Source of the DNA: Dehalococcoidia bacterium
Lineage (GTDB): Bacteria > Chloroflexota > Dehalococcoidia > Lucifugimonadales > CATOSD01
Assembly (NCBI GenBank): GCA_965204815.1
Contig: OZ242014.1
Location: 680,532 to 744,531 of the forward strand
Length of the DNA stretch: 64,000 bases
Direction: 5' to 3'
The translations under genes and the position numbers were made by a program. Below are positions 19,607 to 28,621 of this stretch, piece after piece; position 1 is the stretch's first letter; each line of letters begins with the position of its first letter. A model generated the notes under the pieces. It did no database searches. It worked only from the letters and a program-made list of their open reading frames with translations, and had not been told where the DNA came from.

Positions 19607-21253
19607 TTATCGCGCCTCGCGGATGCGGAGCATTAGCTTGTCGCCGCTTTGCCAGGGTTGGGAGGGCGCGGGCCAGGTCAGGGTGTTGTTGGCGGCGTCG
19701 ACTGTGGCGTCGGCGACGTTGAGGGACAGGGTCACTGAGCCGTCGAGGGCGATGAAGTCCGCGACTTGGCCCGTGATGCCGGTGTGGGGCGAGAGCCTCA
19801 TCTTGACGGTGCCCGTCGCACCTGAACCGGGTTCCCAGGCGATGCGGTGGATGGTCGAAGTCGCGCCGTTAGTGTCGGTGAAGATTGCGGGTTTGAGCAC
19901 GCCGTTGGCGCTGTCGGCAGCGACCGCGTTGCCGACGGCGACGGGGTCGAAGAACGCCTCATGCAGCACGCCGTCGGGGGCGATGGCGGTGACCGTCCAT
20001 TCATTGCTAATGACGAATTCGCAGATTATTTGATAGCGCCAAGGTTCCTTCAGATCGAATCTGTACTCTCCTGCGGGAATCGGACGCGCGAGTATGATCG
20101 TCTGATCGTACTTGATCGTGTCGTACTCTCCATCTCCGTCCGTGTCGGAAGCCGTCGAGTCGCTGTCCGCAGTGTCGAACAAGGCTGAGTCGCTACCCTC
20201 AAGCCAGAGTGGTACTTTAGCATCAGGATAACCTCCGTAGGCTTCTCTACGATCGAGTACGGTGCCTGCGGGCTGGCCCGAAGCAAGACTTTGGTTGATA
20301 TTCCAAAGAGTGAAGGGTCTTCCCTTTTCCTCTGGGAAGTTCTGCTGGTTGCGAATGTGCCTGTACTTCTCCACGATGCAGTCTCGGTATGCCTGCGACC
20401 CGTCGCCGCCGTTGAACTCGGCGGTAACCTCGGTGATACGCCTCTTCAGAGCACCGAGTGTGATTGTTTCAGTAGGAGGCGGCACGTCGAGTAGAAACTC
20501 CTGGGCGTCGCCGGTAGAACTCGTGCTTGTGTCTGCGGGAAGCCAATACCTGCTCGAATTGCTGTGCAGGCTGTACCGGTCGTCACGAGAAAACCTGTCC
20601 CCAAGCCCTAGAAGGAAATGGTCGGCAAGTTGTAGCTGTTCATCAAGCTGGGTTCCAAATCCACCGGCGTTGTCAAACAGGAAGAAGATAGCCTCTCTGT
20701 CATCCCATTGATCGTCCCGCTCCGCAAGAATGACAGTTCTCGCAGCATTGGCCTCTGAGTTCGTATGGTAGGACCTGCCATCGACCCACACCGCCACGAT
20801 GCTGGACGGACCAGAGCCTTTCAGGTACTCACTCACGTCGAGGCTGAACTTCAACACCGCAGCGTATTTGCCGTTGGCTTCGACAACGACCTCCGAGGAA
20901 AGCGAACTCATCGTCGCCTTGACGATTACTGGGCTTTCGATGACCTTCTCCTCAATCAAGGAGTCCCCAACGTAGGGAGAGAGCGGCAAAGCCACAGAGG
21001 GTGGCGGCCCTCCCGTCGGGGGTGGGGCCGGAGCGGGCTCACCGAATTGCGGAGTCGGGTGTTCAGCCTGTTCAGAGGGTCCTTTCCCCTGCTCGGTTTG
21101 TCCTTCGGCACTCGCATTGGGGGGCTCCGCAACCGACGTGGCGGGATTATCGGTTCGCGTAGCTTCGCCGCAGGCCAGCAGGACTGCTACCAGCGGGATG
21201 AGGAGCAACAATGCAATGTCGGTGTTGCGGTTCATTGGGCGCGGCTCTTTCAT
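19607..21253 (-). CDS. secreted lipoprotein, paralog of 21266-23584 (unknown family)
   Basis: Lipobox LLLIPLVAVLLAC followed by a Pro-rich linker. It shares its architecture with the upstream gene along the full length. Its last ~130 codons are ~85-90% identical at the nucleotide level to 21993-22395. Confidence 0.75.
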   Translation of the reverse strand: MKEPRPMNRNTDIALLLLIPLVAVLLACGEATRTDNPATSVAEPPNASAEGQTEQGKGPSEQAEHPTPQFGEPAPAPPPTGGPPPSVALPLSPYVGDSLIEEKVIESPVIVKATMSSLSSEVVVEANGKYAAVLKFSLDVSEYLKGSGPSSIVAVWVDGRSYHTNSEANAARTVILAERDDQWDDREAIFFLFDNAGGFGTQLDEQLQLADHFLLGLGDRFSRDDRYSLHSNSSRYWLPADTSTSSTGDAQEFLLDVPPPTETITLGALKRRITEVTAEFNGGDGSQAYRDCIVEKYRHIRNQQNFPEEKGRPFTLWNINQSLASGQPAGTVLDRREAYGGYPDAKVPLWLEGSDSALFDTADSDSTASDTDGDGEYDTIKYDQTIILARPIPAGEYRFDLKEPWRYQIICEFVISNEWTVTAIAPDGVLHEAFFDPVAVGNAVAADSANGVLKPAIFTDTNGATSTIHRIAWEPGSGATGTVKMRLSPHTGITGQVADFIALDGSVTLSLNVADATVDAANNTLTWPAPSQPWQSGDKLMLRIREAR

Positions 21254-21265
21254 GGGCGCTCCAGA

Positions 21266-23584
21266 TCAGCGTGGGCACATGCTTGTAGCCGCTGGCACGA
21301 TGGCCGACGGCTCGCCCCACCCTAGCGCGTAGATCGTCCCAGTGCCGAAGGTGCTCACCCGGAACAGATAGTCGGCGCCACAGGTGAGTTCGTTAACGAT
21401 GTGACTCGTGGCATCGACTCGATACTCAATCCAGTGGGTGGATGTGGCGGGTCTGTACTCGACGAGGTAGGAGACGGCGCCTGCGACCGCTTCCCAGTTG
21501 AGAGTAACGCTCGTCTCAGTGGACGTGCCCGCAGTGAGGTCCTTTGGCGCCGGGGCAGCGCAGTAGTGTAGGTCGAGGGAGGTGAGGGAGGTAAGGTCGT
21601 TCGTCGACACGCTGATCAGCGCCAAAGGGATGCAGCCGGTGAAGCTGTTTCCCGACAGCCGGAGAACCTGTAGGTTTGAGAGCAGGCCCAGCTCGGCGGG
21701 TATGGCGCCCGTCAGCGAATTTCGTTTCAGGTCCAAGTGGGTCAGCCCCAACAGCTTCCCAAGATACTCGGGAATGCTCCCATCCAGTCCCTCATTGGCA
21801 AGCTCCAGCCGGGTCACCCGGCTGGGCGAGCCGCCAATGGTGACTCCATCCCAGTTCGCCATGGGTGTGGAGACGCCCCAGTTCAGGGCACCCGACCCAC
21901 GGAGCGTATCCATGACGACGATCAGGATTTCACAGTCTCGCGCGAGGGCCGGATTGGCGCTTGTATCTGCCACCGCGCCTGCTGAGCAGTCCGGTGCTTC
22001 GCGGATGCGGAGCATGAGCTTGTCGCCGGTGTGCCAGGGCTGGGACGGCACGGGCCAGGTCAGGGTGTTGTTGGCGGCGTCGACGGTGGCGTCGGCGACA
22101 TTGAGGGACAGTGACACCGAGCCGTCGAGAGCGATGAAGTCCAGGATGTGGTTGGCGATGCCGCTGTGGGGTGAGAGGGTCACCTTCACCGTGCCCGTCG
22201 CGCCTGAACCGGGTTCCCACGCGATGCGCTGGATGGTCGAGGTCGCGCCGATGGCGTCGGCGAACGACGCGGGCTTGAGGGCGCCGTTCGCGCTGTCGGC
22301 GGCCACCGCGTTGCCGTCCGTGACGGGGTCGAAGAACGCCTCGTGCAGCGTGCCATTGGGGGCAGTGGCGGTGACTGTCCACTCGTTGATGAGAAAGGCG
22401 TTACACGGTATGAGATAGGGTTCCAGGTCTTTGACGGTGAAGCTGTACTGCCCTGCCGGAATCGGTCGGACCGGCCTGAGCGATTGGATGTACCGTATGG
22501 AGTCAATCCCATCGGTGAGCACACCGTCGCGGTTCCAATCATCGGGAGTCGTGGGACCGTCGAAGGTCTCAAACAGGGCGGCATCACCGCCTTCGAGCGA
22601 GGTCTGCATTTTGGTATCCGGGTAGATGCCAAACACATCGCTCTCGAATATGACGGTGCCCGCGGACGACCCGGACGCCAGGCTGTGAGTGTCGAGCGCA
22701 GCCCTGACACCGAACTTCCTGCCCTCGCTTTGGGCGTGCTGTGCCATGCGCTCATGCTGGTACTTATAGCTAACGCAATTCCTGTAGGCTTCAGAGCCGT
22801 CCCCTGCGTTCACCTCGGCGTTGATCGCAGCGATGCGGCTCTTAAGCTCTCGGATGGTTATCTTCGGGGTGTCCTTGCCTGGCTCGGGCGCGGCGAGCAG
22901 AAACTCCTGGTCGTCCCCAGTCCCGCTCGTCCCCGCGGACGGAAGCCACAGCTTGGTATGTCGGTCTTGCAGGCTGTACCAGTCACGGTAAGTGTCACCG
23001 ATGGTGTCGCCGATGGTTAGGAAGTAGTCGTTGGCCCCCAGAACCGACGTACTGAAGACGTCGTAAGGGTCATCGCTATTGAGGAAGATGATCGCCTCCC
23101 GGTCGTCCCAGGTGGTAACCCTGTTGGCGGCGACATCCGGCTCTGCGTCCTCGGCCTCCCTTCGGGTGTCGTAGTCTCCACCTTGAATCGTGAATGCCGT
23201 AATGCTGCTTGCGCCGCTGCCTTTCAGGTACTCGCTCACCGTCAGGTGGAACCTCAGGGCGACGTAATAGTAGTCGCTCCACTCTTCAGTCAGCGTCGTG
23301 ACAATCTCACTCGTCGTGGTGCTGAGCCGCGCCTTGACGATGGTGTCGGCATTCACTATCCGCTCTTCAATGGATTGTTCTCCAAAGTAAGGAACCGCCG
23401 CGAGATCCACAGCCGCAGGACCGCCTGTGGATGGGGGGAGTGCTGCGGTTGGAGGATTGGCGGTGGACACGGGTACAGCAGGGGGCGCGGTGGTCGGCTC
23501 GACCGGCTCGGCTGGTTGCGTGGATGTGGAACAGGACAGCAGCGCGCAGGCCAGCAGCATCGTTATGATCAGTCGCATCCTCAT
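21266..23584 (-). CDS. secreted lipoprotein with C-terminal plant-type LRR repeats and an FN3 domain
   Basis: Likely start MRMRLIITMLLACALLSC at 23584; the ORF-track start at 24037 adds a low-complexity extension. LRR region: LDGSIPEYLGKLLGLTHLDLKRNSLTGAIPAELGLLSNLQVLRLSGNSFTGCIP. FN3 region: SVTLNWEAVAGAVSYLVEYR...YLFRVSTF. Confidence 0.8.
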   Translation of the reverse strand: MRMRLIITMLLACALLSCSTSTQPAEPVEPTTAPPAVPVSTANPPTAALPPSTGGPAAVDLAAVPYFGEQSIEERIVNADTIVKARLSTTTSEIVTTLTEEWSDYYYVALRFHLTVSEYLKGSGASSITAFTIQGGDYDTRREAEDAEPDVAANRVTTWDDREAIIFLNSDDPYDVFSTSVLGANDYFLTIGDTIGDTYRDWYSLQDRHTKLWLPSAGTSGTGDDQEFLLAAPEPGKDTPKITIRELKSRIAAINAEVNAGDGSEAYRNCVSYKYQHERMAQHAQSEGRKFGVRAALDTHSLASGSSAGTVIFESDVFGIYPDTKMQTSLEGGDAALFETFDGPTTPDDWNRDGVLTDGIDSIRYIQSLRPVRPIPAGQYSFTVKDLEPYLIPCNAFLINEWTVTATAPNGTLHEAFFDPVTDGNAVAADSANGALKPASFADAIGATSTIQRIAWEPGSGATGTVKVTLSPHSGIANHILDFIALDGSVSLSLNVADATVDAANNTLTWPVPSQPWHTGDKLMLRIREAPDCSAGAVADTSANPALARDCEILIVVMDTLRGSGALNWGVSTPMANWDGVTIGGSPSRVTRLELANEGLDGSIPEYLGKLLGLTHLDLKRNSLTGAIPAELGLLSNLQVLRLSGNSFTGCIPLALISVSTNDLTSLTSLDLHYCAAPAPKDLTAGTSTETSVTLNWEAVAGAVSYLVEYRPATSTHWIEYRVDATSHIVNELTCGADYLFRVSTFGTGTIYALGWGEPSAIVPAATSMCPR

Positions 23585-23684
23585 GGCTGCTCTCCCAGTT
23601 TCAAGTATCTCATGGAGCGCTGCTTCGTGAAACACCTCGAAGAATGGAGCTGGTTTCGGACTGCTCGGTATAGGTTCGTCACCC

Positions 23685-24890
23685 ATGCTAACATGGCGTC
23701 GGGAGGGCTGTGACGTGCTCGTGATGAAACAGACGTTGTCTTTGGAAGGCGGGGGACGCGGGTCCGTAGCTGATGCGCGTGGCTCCGGGGGTGAGGGCCC
23801 GGAGTACCTGACGCGGCAGCTTGTCACGTATATCGGGAACAAGCGGGCGCTGCTGGGGCAGATAGGGGGTGCGGTTGAGAGGGTGAAGGAGCGGTTGGGC
23901 AAGAGGAGGCTGAGGGTGTTGGACGCTTTCAGCGGGTCGGGGGTGGTGTCGCGGCTGTTCAAGGCGCACGCGGAGATGGTGGTGAGCAACGACATCGAGC
24001 CGTATGCGGCGGCGGTGTCGCGCTGCTTTCTGAGCAACGGGAGCGAGGTGGACCTGGAGGCGCTGCCGGGGGTGGTTGCGGAGCTGAATGAGCGGGTGGA
24101 GGATGCGCCCTACCCGCCCGGTTTCATCGAGGAACTGTACGCGCCGGAGGACGAGTCGCGCATTACGCGGGAGGACCGGGTCTTCTACACGAAGGAGAAC
24201 GCGAGGCGTCTGGACAATTACCGGCGCATGATGGACGAGCTGTCTCCTCGAATGCGGGAGATGCTGATGGGACCGCTGCTCAGCGAGGCGTCCGTACACG
24301 CGAACACGGCGGGGGTGTTCAAGGGGTTTTACAAGGACCGGCATACGAAGGTTGGCAGATTCGGTGGGAGCGGCTCGGACGCGCTGAGCCGGATCAGGGG
24401 GCGAATCGTGCTGAGCGCGCCGGTGCTGAGCAGGTTCGAGTGCGAGTACGAGGTGACGCAGGAGGACGCCAACGTGCTCGCGCCTCGGTTGCGGGGCCTG
24501 GACCTGGCGTACCTGGACCCGCCGTATAACCAGCACCCCTATGGGTCCAACTACTTCATGCTGAATCTGCTGCTGCGGTACGAGAGGCCCGAGCGCATCA
24601 GCCGGGTTTCGGGCATACCGCGGGACTGGCAGCGGTCGGGGTACAACGTGCGGGCGAAGGCGCTGCCGCTGTTCGAGCAACTGGTGGAGTCGCTGGACGC
24701 GGCGTTCGTGCTGGTGTCGTTCAACGACGAGGGGTTCATTCCGGCGGAGATGATGCTGGCTACGCTGGAGAGGTTCGGGGCTGTGGAGACGTTTTCGATG
24801 CGGTACAACGCTTTCCGGGGCAGCCGGAGTTTTCGGAACCGGTCGGTGCACGTGAACGAGTACTTGTTTCTGGTGGACAAGCGGAAGTAG
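23685..24890 (+). CDS. Dam-like (D12-class) N6-adenine DNA methyltransferase, no adjacent endonuclease
   Basis: YIGNKRALL, VLDAFSGSGVVS (SAM loop) and YLDPPYNQHPYGSNYF (motif IV, DPPY). The start is ambiguous between 23685 and 23724. Confidence 0.75.
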   Translation: MLTWRREGCDVLVMKQTLSLEGGGRGSVADARGSGGEGPEYLTRQLVTYIGNKRALLGQIGGAVERVKERLGKRRLRVLDAFSGSGVVSRLFKAHAEMVVSNDIEPYAAAVSRCFLSNGSEVDLEALPGVVAELNERVEDAPYPPGFIEELYAPEDESRITREDRVFYTKENARRLDNYRRMMDELSPRMREMLMGPLLSEASVHANTAGVFKGFYKDRHTKVGRFGGSGSDALSRIRGRIVLSAPVLSRFECEYEVTQEDANVLAPRLRGLDLAYLDPPYNQHPYGSNYFMLNLLLRYERPERISRVSGIPRDWQRSGYNVRAKALPLFEQLVESLDAAFVLVSFNDEGFIPAEMMLATLERFGAVETFSMRYNAFRGSRSFRNRSVHVNEYLFLVDKRK

Positions 24891-24924
24891 AGGGGTGGCG
24901 CGGCGAGTCTGGACAGTGGGCCTT

Positions 24925-24964
24925 CACCCCCATCCTAACCTTCCCCCGTCAAGGGGGAAGGGAC
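24925..24964 (+). repeat. REP-like hairpin element, copy (between convergent genes)
   Basis: cacccccatcctaaccttcccccgtcaagggggaagggac. It sits between the methyltransferase stop and the ribD stop and may act as a bidirectional terminator. Confidence 0.85.
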
Positions 24965-24974
24965 TTAGGAGACC

Positions 24975-26060
24975 CTACTCTTCGCAGTAGCCTATGATCG
25001 CCATGTCGCGGCCCAGGGGCAGGGTGCGCACGCGGGTGAGGAGAGCGGCGTCGGCGATGCGCTGGGCGCCGGCTCCGGCCACGGGGGAGGGTGCTCCCGC
25101 GCCGCCGATGATGGTGGGGGCGACGAAGGCTACGACCTTGTCGACGAGCCCGGCGTCGAACAGGGATCCGTGCAGCTCGCCGCCGCCCTCGACGAGGATG
25201 CTGGTGGTGTCGGTGCGGCCGAGCTCCGCGAGCAGGGCGGCGAGATCGACGGCTCCGTCGGACGACGGCGCGCGATGTATGCGGGCGCCGGCCTGCTCGA
25301 GGGCGCGACAGCGTGTGGCCGGGGCGTCGGCAACGGCGACGACGGTATCGCCCGGCTCGGACAGCATGCGCGCGGACGGCGGGAGCCTGGCGTCGCTGTC
25401 CACGACTACGCGCGTTGGCTGGCGCGGGCGCGGGTTGCCGCGGGCGTCCCTGGCGGTGAGCTGGGGATCGTCGGCCAGCGCGGTGCCGATGCCGACCATT
25501 ATCGCGTCGGTGGCTGCTCTCAGCTCGTGGGCGTAGGCCCTGGCCTGCTCGCCGGTGATCCACCTGGATTCGCCGGTGGCGGTGGCGATCTTGCCGTCCA
25601 GGCTGGCGGCGAACTTGGCGGTCACGAAGGGCATGCCGGTCACGACGTGCCTGGCGTAGGCCTCGATGATCTCGCGCGCCTGCTCCTCGCACTCGCCCAC
25701 CCTCACGGCGATGCCGGCCTCGCGGAGTTGGTCGAATCCGGCGCCGTTTACGCGCGGGTTGGGGTCGGTGACGGCGGAGCGGACCTCGGCGATTCCGGCG
25801 TGGATGATGGCCTGGGTGCAGGGGGGAGTTCTGCCGTGGTGGGCGCACGGTTCGAGCGTGGTGTAGAGAACCGCGCCCGTTGTGCGGCCTCTCGCGCGGC
25901 GCAGGGCCTCGATTTCGGCGTGCGGGCCGCCGGGCGGCTGGGTGTGGCCCTCGGCGATCACGGCGCCATCCCTTACGACGACGGCGCCGACGGCGGGGTT
26001 TGGGCTGACCGAGCCTACGGCGCGGCGAGCCAGATCGAGCGCCCGCTGCATGTGGGACAT
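24975..26060 (-). CDS. ribD: bifunctional riboflavin deaminase/reductase
   Basis: SPNPAVGAVVV...HAEIEAL...TLEPCAHHGRTPPC (CMP/dCMP deaminase zinc site), followed by the C-terminal reductase domain. Confidence 0.9.
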   Translation of the reverse strand: MSHMQRALDLARRAVGSVSPNPAVGAVVVRDGAVIAEGHTQPPGGPHAEIEALRRARGRTTGAVLYTTLEPCAHHGRTPPCTQAIIHAGIAEVRSAVTDPNPRVNGAGFDQLREAGIAVRVGECEEQAREIIEAYARHVVTGMPFVTAKFAASLDGKIATATGESRWITGEQARAYAHELRAATDAIMVGIGTALADDPQLTARDARGNPRPRQPTRVVVDSDARLPPSARMLSEPGDTVVAVADAPATRCRALEQAGARIHRAPSSDGAVDLAALLAELGRTDTTSILVEGGGELHGSLFDAGLVDKVVAFVAPTIIGGAGAPSPVAGAGAQRIADAALLTRVRTLPLGRDMAIIGYCEE

Positions 26061-26064
26061 GGGC

Positions 26065-26880
26065 CTAGGACTCGTCCGGCTCTTCGAGGGTTTCCTGCCT
26101 GGTGGCGTCTTCGCGCGGGGCGTACTGGGGCAGGCGGGTCAGGGTGAACAGCTTGGGCCGATTCTCGGCGTTGGGCACGCGGCGGCCATACACCCAGTCC
26201 TCCACGGTCTTGAGTGGAAGGTCGAGCGTGTCCGCCAGCTCCTTCACGTTGCCGTCGAAACGGCTGTCTCTGAGCCACTGTCTCAGGGTGACGGGTTCCC
26301 AGCGCCTGCGCCCGCCTGAGGCGAAGTTGAGGTAGTAGCGGCTGGGTGTGGGCGCGTCCTGGCGCTGGTACTTGCTGCCGAGGGTGCCGTGGCCGTAGGG
26401 ACGCTCGGCGGGGCTGGAGGTCTGGTAGAAGGAGATTTGGGCGATGGGCATGCCGGCGTAGAGGGTGATGGGCAGGGGCGAGATGTTGCTGAACTCGAGC
26501 ACTATGCCGCCCTGGAAGCCGGGGTCGATGAATCCGGCGGTGGAGTGGACCAGCAGCCCCAGCCTGCCGAGGGAGCTCTTGCCGTCCAGGCGGCCCATCA
26601 GGTCGGCGGGGAGCCTTACCCACTCGCCGGTTATGCCCAGCACGAACGCGCCGGGGTGGAGGATGAAGGGGTTGAGCTCGTCGATCTCCACGACTTCGGT
26701 GAGGTTGGGCATCTCCTGTTTGACGTCGATGAGGTAGTAGCGCTCGCTGCGGAAGACGCGGAGCTTGTTGCCGAGGGTGAGGTCGACGCTGACCGGCTGC
26801 ACGGCCTCTTCGCGGTAGGGTTCCACGACCAGGCGTCCGGCGCGTATGGCGCGTTTTATGTCCCTGTCGCTCAGTGCCAC
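26065..26880 (-). CDS. dcd: dCTP deaminase with ~80-aa C-terminal extension containing an HTH-like segment
   Basis: MALSDRDIKRAI...VDLTLG...GLLVHSTAGFIDPGFQGGIVLEFSN is the dCTP deaminase core. The tail ...VKELADTLDLPLKTVEDWVYGRRVP... is absent from canonical ~190-aa Dcd. Confidence 0.8.
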   Translation of the reverse strand: MALSDRDIKRAIRAGRLVVEPYREEAVQPVSVDLTLGNKLRVFRSERYYLIDVKQEMPNLTEVVEIDELNPFILHPGAFVLGITGEWVRLPADLMGRLDGKSSLGRLGLLVHSTAGFIDPGFQGGIVLEFSNISPLPITLYAGMPIAQISFYQTSSPAERPYGHGTLGSKYQRQDAPTPSRYYLNFASGGRRRWEPVTLRQWLRDSRFDGNVKELADTLDLPLKTVEDWVYGRRVPNAENRPKLFTLTRLPQYAPREDATRQETLEEPDES

Positions 26881-26884
26881 AGTG

Positions 26885-27268
26885 TCAACCTCCCTGCGCC
26901 CAAAGCTCGCGGCCGGCGACCACGCCGGCGAAAGCAGCAGCGAGTCCCACCGCGATGCTGCCGAACAGGTTCGCCGAGGCTCGGGCGACCTGGCCGTCGC
27001 CGATTAGCTGGATGCTGGCGACGGTGAGCGTCGAGAAGGTGGTGAACGACGCCAGGAATCCCGCCGCGAGGAATGGGCGCGCGGCCTGCGGCAGGGTGGG
27101 CCTGTCCAGCTCGACGGCGACGAAGACGCCCAGCGCGAACGAGCCGGCGATGTTGACCAGGAACGTGGCCAGCACGCCGGGCCCCAGCGCGGCCGTTACG
27201 GCGCGGTCCACTCCGAATCTCGACAGCGCCCCGAGCGAGCCGCCCAGGGCAACGAACAGCCATTCCAT
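26885..27268 (-). CDS. crcB: fluoride ion channel CrcB/FluC
   Basis: 127 aa with four TM segments. GGSLGALSRF and NIAGSFALG motifs are present. Confidence 0.85.
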   Translation of the reverse strand: MEWLFVALGGSLGALSRFGVDRAVTAALGPGVLATFLVNIAGSFALGVFVAVELDRPTLPQAARPFLAAGFLASFTTFSTLTVASIQLIGDGQVARASANLFGSIAVGLAAAFAGVVAGRELWAQGG

Positions 27269-27342
27269 CAGCTTTCCGGTTTATGCGCCAGTCTCGTGGG
27301 CAGTTGTTCAGAGCTAATGAGGCGAGTCTTGGCAAAGGGCCC

Positions 27343-27383
27343 TCACCCCCATCCTAGCCTTCCCCCATCAAGGGGGAAGGGAC
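27343..27383 (+). repeat. REP-like hairpin element, copy
   Basis: tcacccccatcctagccttcccccatcaagggggaagggac. Confidence 0.85.
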
Positions 27384-27405
27384 TCTTGACACTACAGGCG
27401 GCGTG

Positions 27406-28590
27406 CTAGCCGCGGGGCAGGCCGAGGCCCCTGCCGGCGATGATGTTGCGCTGAATCTCGGAGGTGCCGCCGCGAATGGTGAGCGAGATGGAGTCCATCC
27501 ACAGCCAGGCTAGCCTGCCGTCCAGGTAGGCCCACTTGGAGCCCTTGTCCAGTATGCCGTACATGCCGAGCATCTGGACGCCCAGCTCGTGAATCTGCTG
27601 GGCAATCTCGCTGCCCATCATCTTGGAAATCGACGCCTCGCGGTTGGGCACGAGTCCCTGGCTCTGCATCCAGGCGACGTTGTAGGCGATGGTCTTGCCG
27701 GCCTCGTTTCGTGTCCAGAGCTCGGCGAGGCGCTGGCGAATCATGGGGTCGTCGTTCAGGGGCTTGCCGTTGGTGCCGGTCTCGCGGGCAAGCTCGACAA
27801 GCTCCTCGATGCTGCGGCGGTTGGAGGCGAAGCTGGCGACGCCGGAGCGCTCGAAGTCCAGGGTGGTTGCGGCGATGTACCAGCCGCGGTCCTTCTCGCC
27901 GATCATGGCGCGCTTGGGCACGCGGACATTGTCGAAGAATACCTGGTTGAAATAGTGGATGCCGAACATGTTGATGATGGGCCGGACCTCGATGCCGGGG
28001 GTGTCCATGTCGACTATGAACACGCTGATGCCGCGGTGCTTGGGGGCGTCGGGGTCGGTGCGGGTGAGCAGGTAGCAGTGGGTGGAGCGGTGGGCGCCGC
28101 TGGTCCAGATCTTGGAGCCGTTGAGCACGTAGTCGTCGCCGTCCTCGACTGCGCGGAGCTGGAGGGAGGCGAGGTCTGAGCCGGACTCGGGCTCGCTGAA
28201 GCCCTGGCAGTAGACGGCCTCGCCGCTGGCGATTTCGGGCAGGTAGTGGGTCTTCTGCTCCTCGGTGCCGTAGAGCATGAGGGTGGGGCCGACCATATGG
28301 GTGCCGATGCTGACGTCGCGGGTGGGGGCGCGGAAGTAGGCGGTCTCCTCGTTGTAAATCATCTGCTCGATGTGGGGCCGGCCCTGGCCGCCGTATTCCT
28401 TGGGCCAGGCGAGGGTGAGCCAGCCGCGTTCGGCCATCTTGGCCGTGAGGTCGCGGATGTGGAACCAGTTCTCATCGTGGAAGTAGGCGTCGGGGTCGAT
28501 GCCGCGCCAGTCCTCGCCGAGGTTTTCGGTGAGGAAGTCGCGGAGTTCCTGGCGGAAGGCTTCCTGTTCGTCTGTGAAGCGGTAGTCCAT
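27406..28590 (-). CDS. acyl-CoA dehydrogenase
   Basis: Typical ACAD length (394 aa) with conserved segments: QGFSEPESGSDLASL and the C-terminal GGTSEIQRNIIA. Confidence 0.9.
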   Translation of the reverse strand: MDYRFTDEQEAFRQELRDFLTENLGEDWRGIDPDAYFHDENWFHIRDLTAKMAERGWLTLAWPKEYGGQGRPHIEQMIYNEETAYFRAPTRDVSIGTHMVGPTLMLYGTEEQKTHYLPEIASGEAVYCQGFSEPESGSDLASLQLRAVEDGDDYVLNGSKIWTSGAHRSTHCYLLTRTDPDAPKHRGISVFIVDMDTPGIEVRPIINMFGIHYFNQVFFDNVRVPKRAMIGEKDRGWYIAATTLDFERSGVASFASNRRSIEELVELARETGTNGKPLNDDPMIRQRLAELWTRNEAGKTIAYNVAWMQSQGLVPNREASISKMMGSEIAQQIHELGVQMLGMYGILDKGSKWAYLDGRLAWLWMDSISLTIRGGTSEIQRNIIAGRGLGLPRG

Positions 28591-28621
28591 TGTGGGTGCT
28601 CCTGGTGGGGGTAGTCTCAGG

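Noticed and set aside
19607-22395. Diversity-generating retroelement (template/variable repeat) explanation for the near-identical 3' modules of the two lipoprotein genes
   Set aside because: Differences between the copies involve all base types rather than adenine-specific substitutions. No reverse transcriptase or accessory gene is present. The similarity extends, at decreasing levels, along the whole genes, so tandem paralogy with gene conversion fits better.
27269-27345. Possible fluoride riboswitch upstream of crcB (AAACCGG...GCTGATGG near the start codon)
   Set aside because: The 5' GGCGATG...CGCC helix and the pseudoknot partner are missing. The CTGATGG overlaps the ATG by chance, and the rest of the intergenic region is a REP hairpin.
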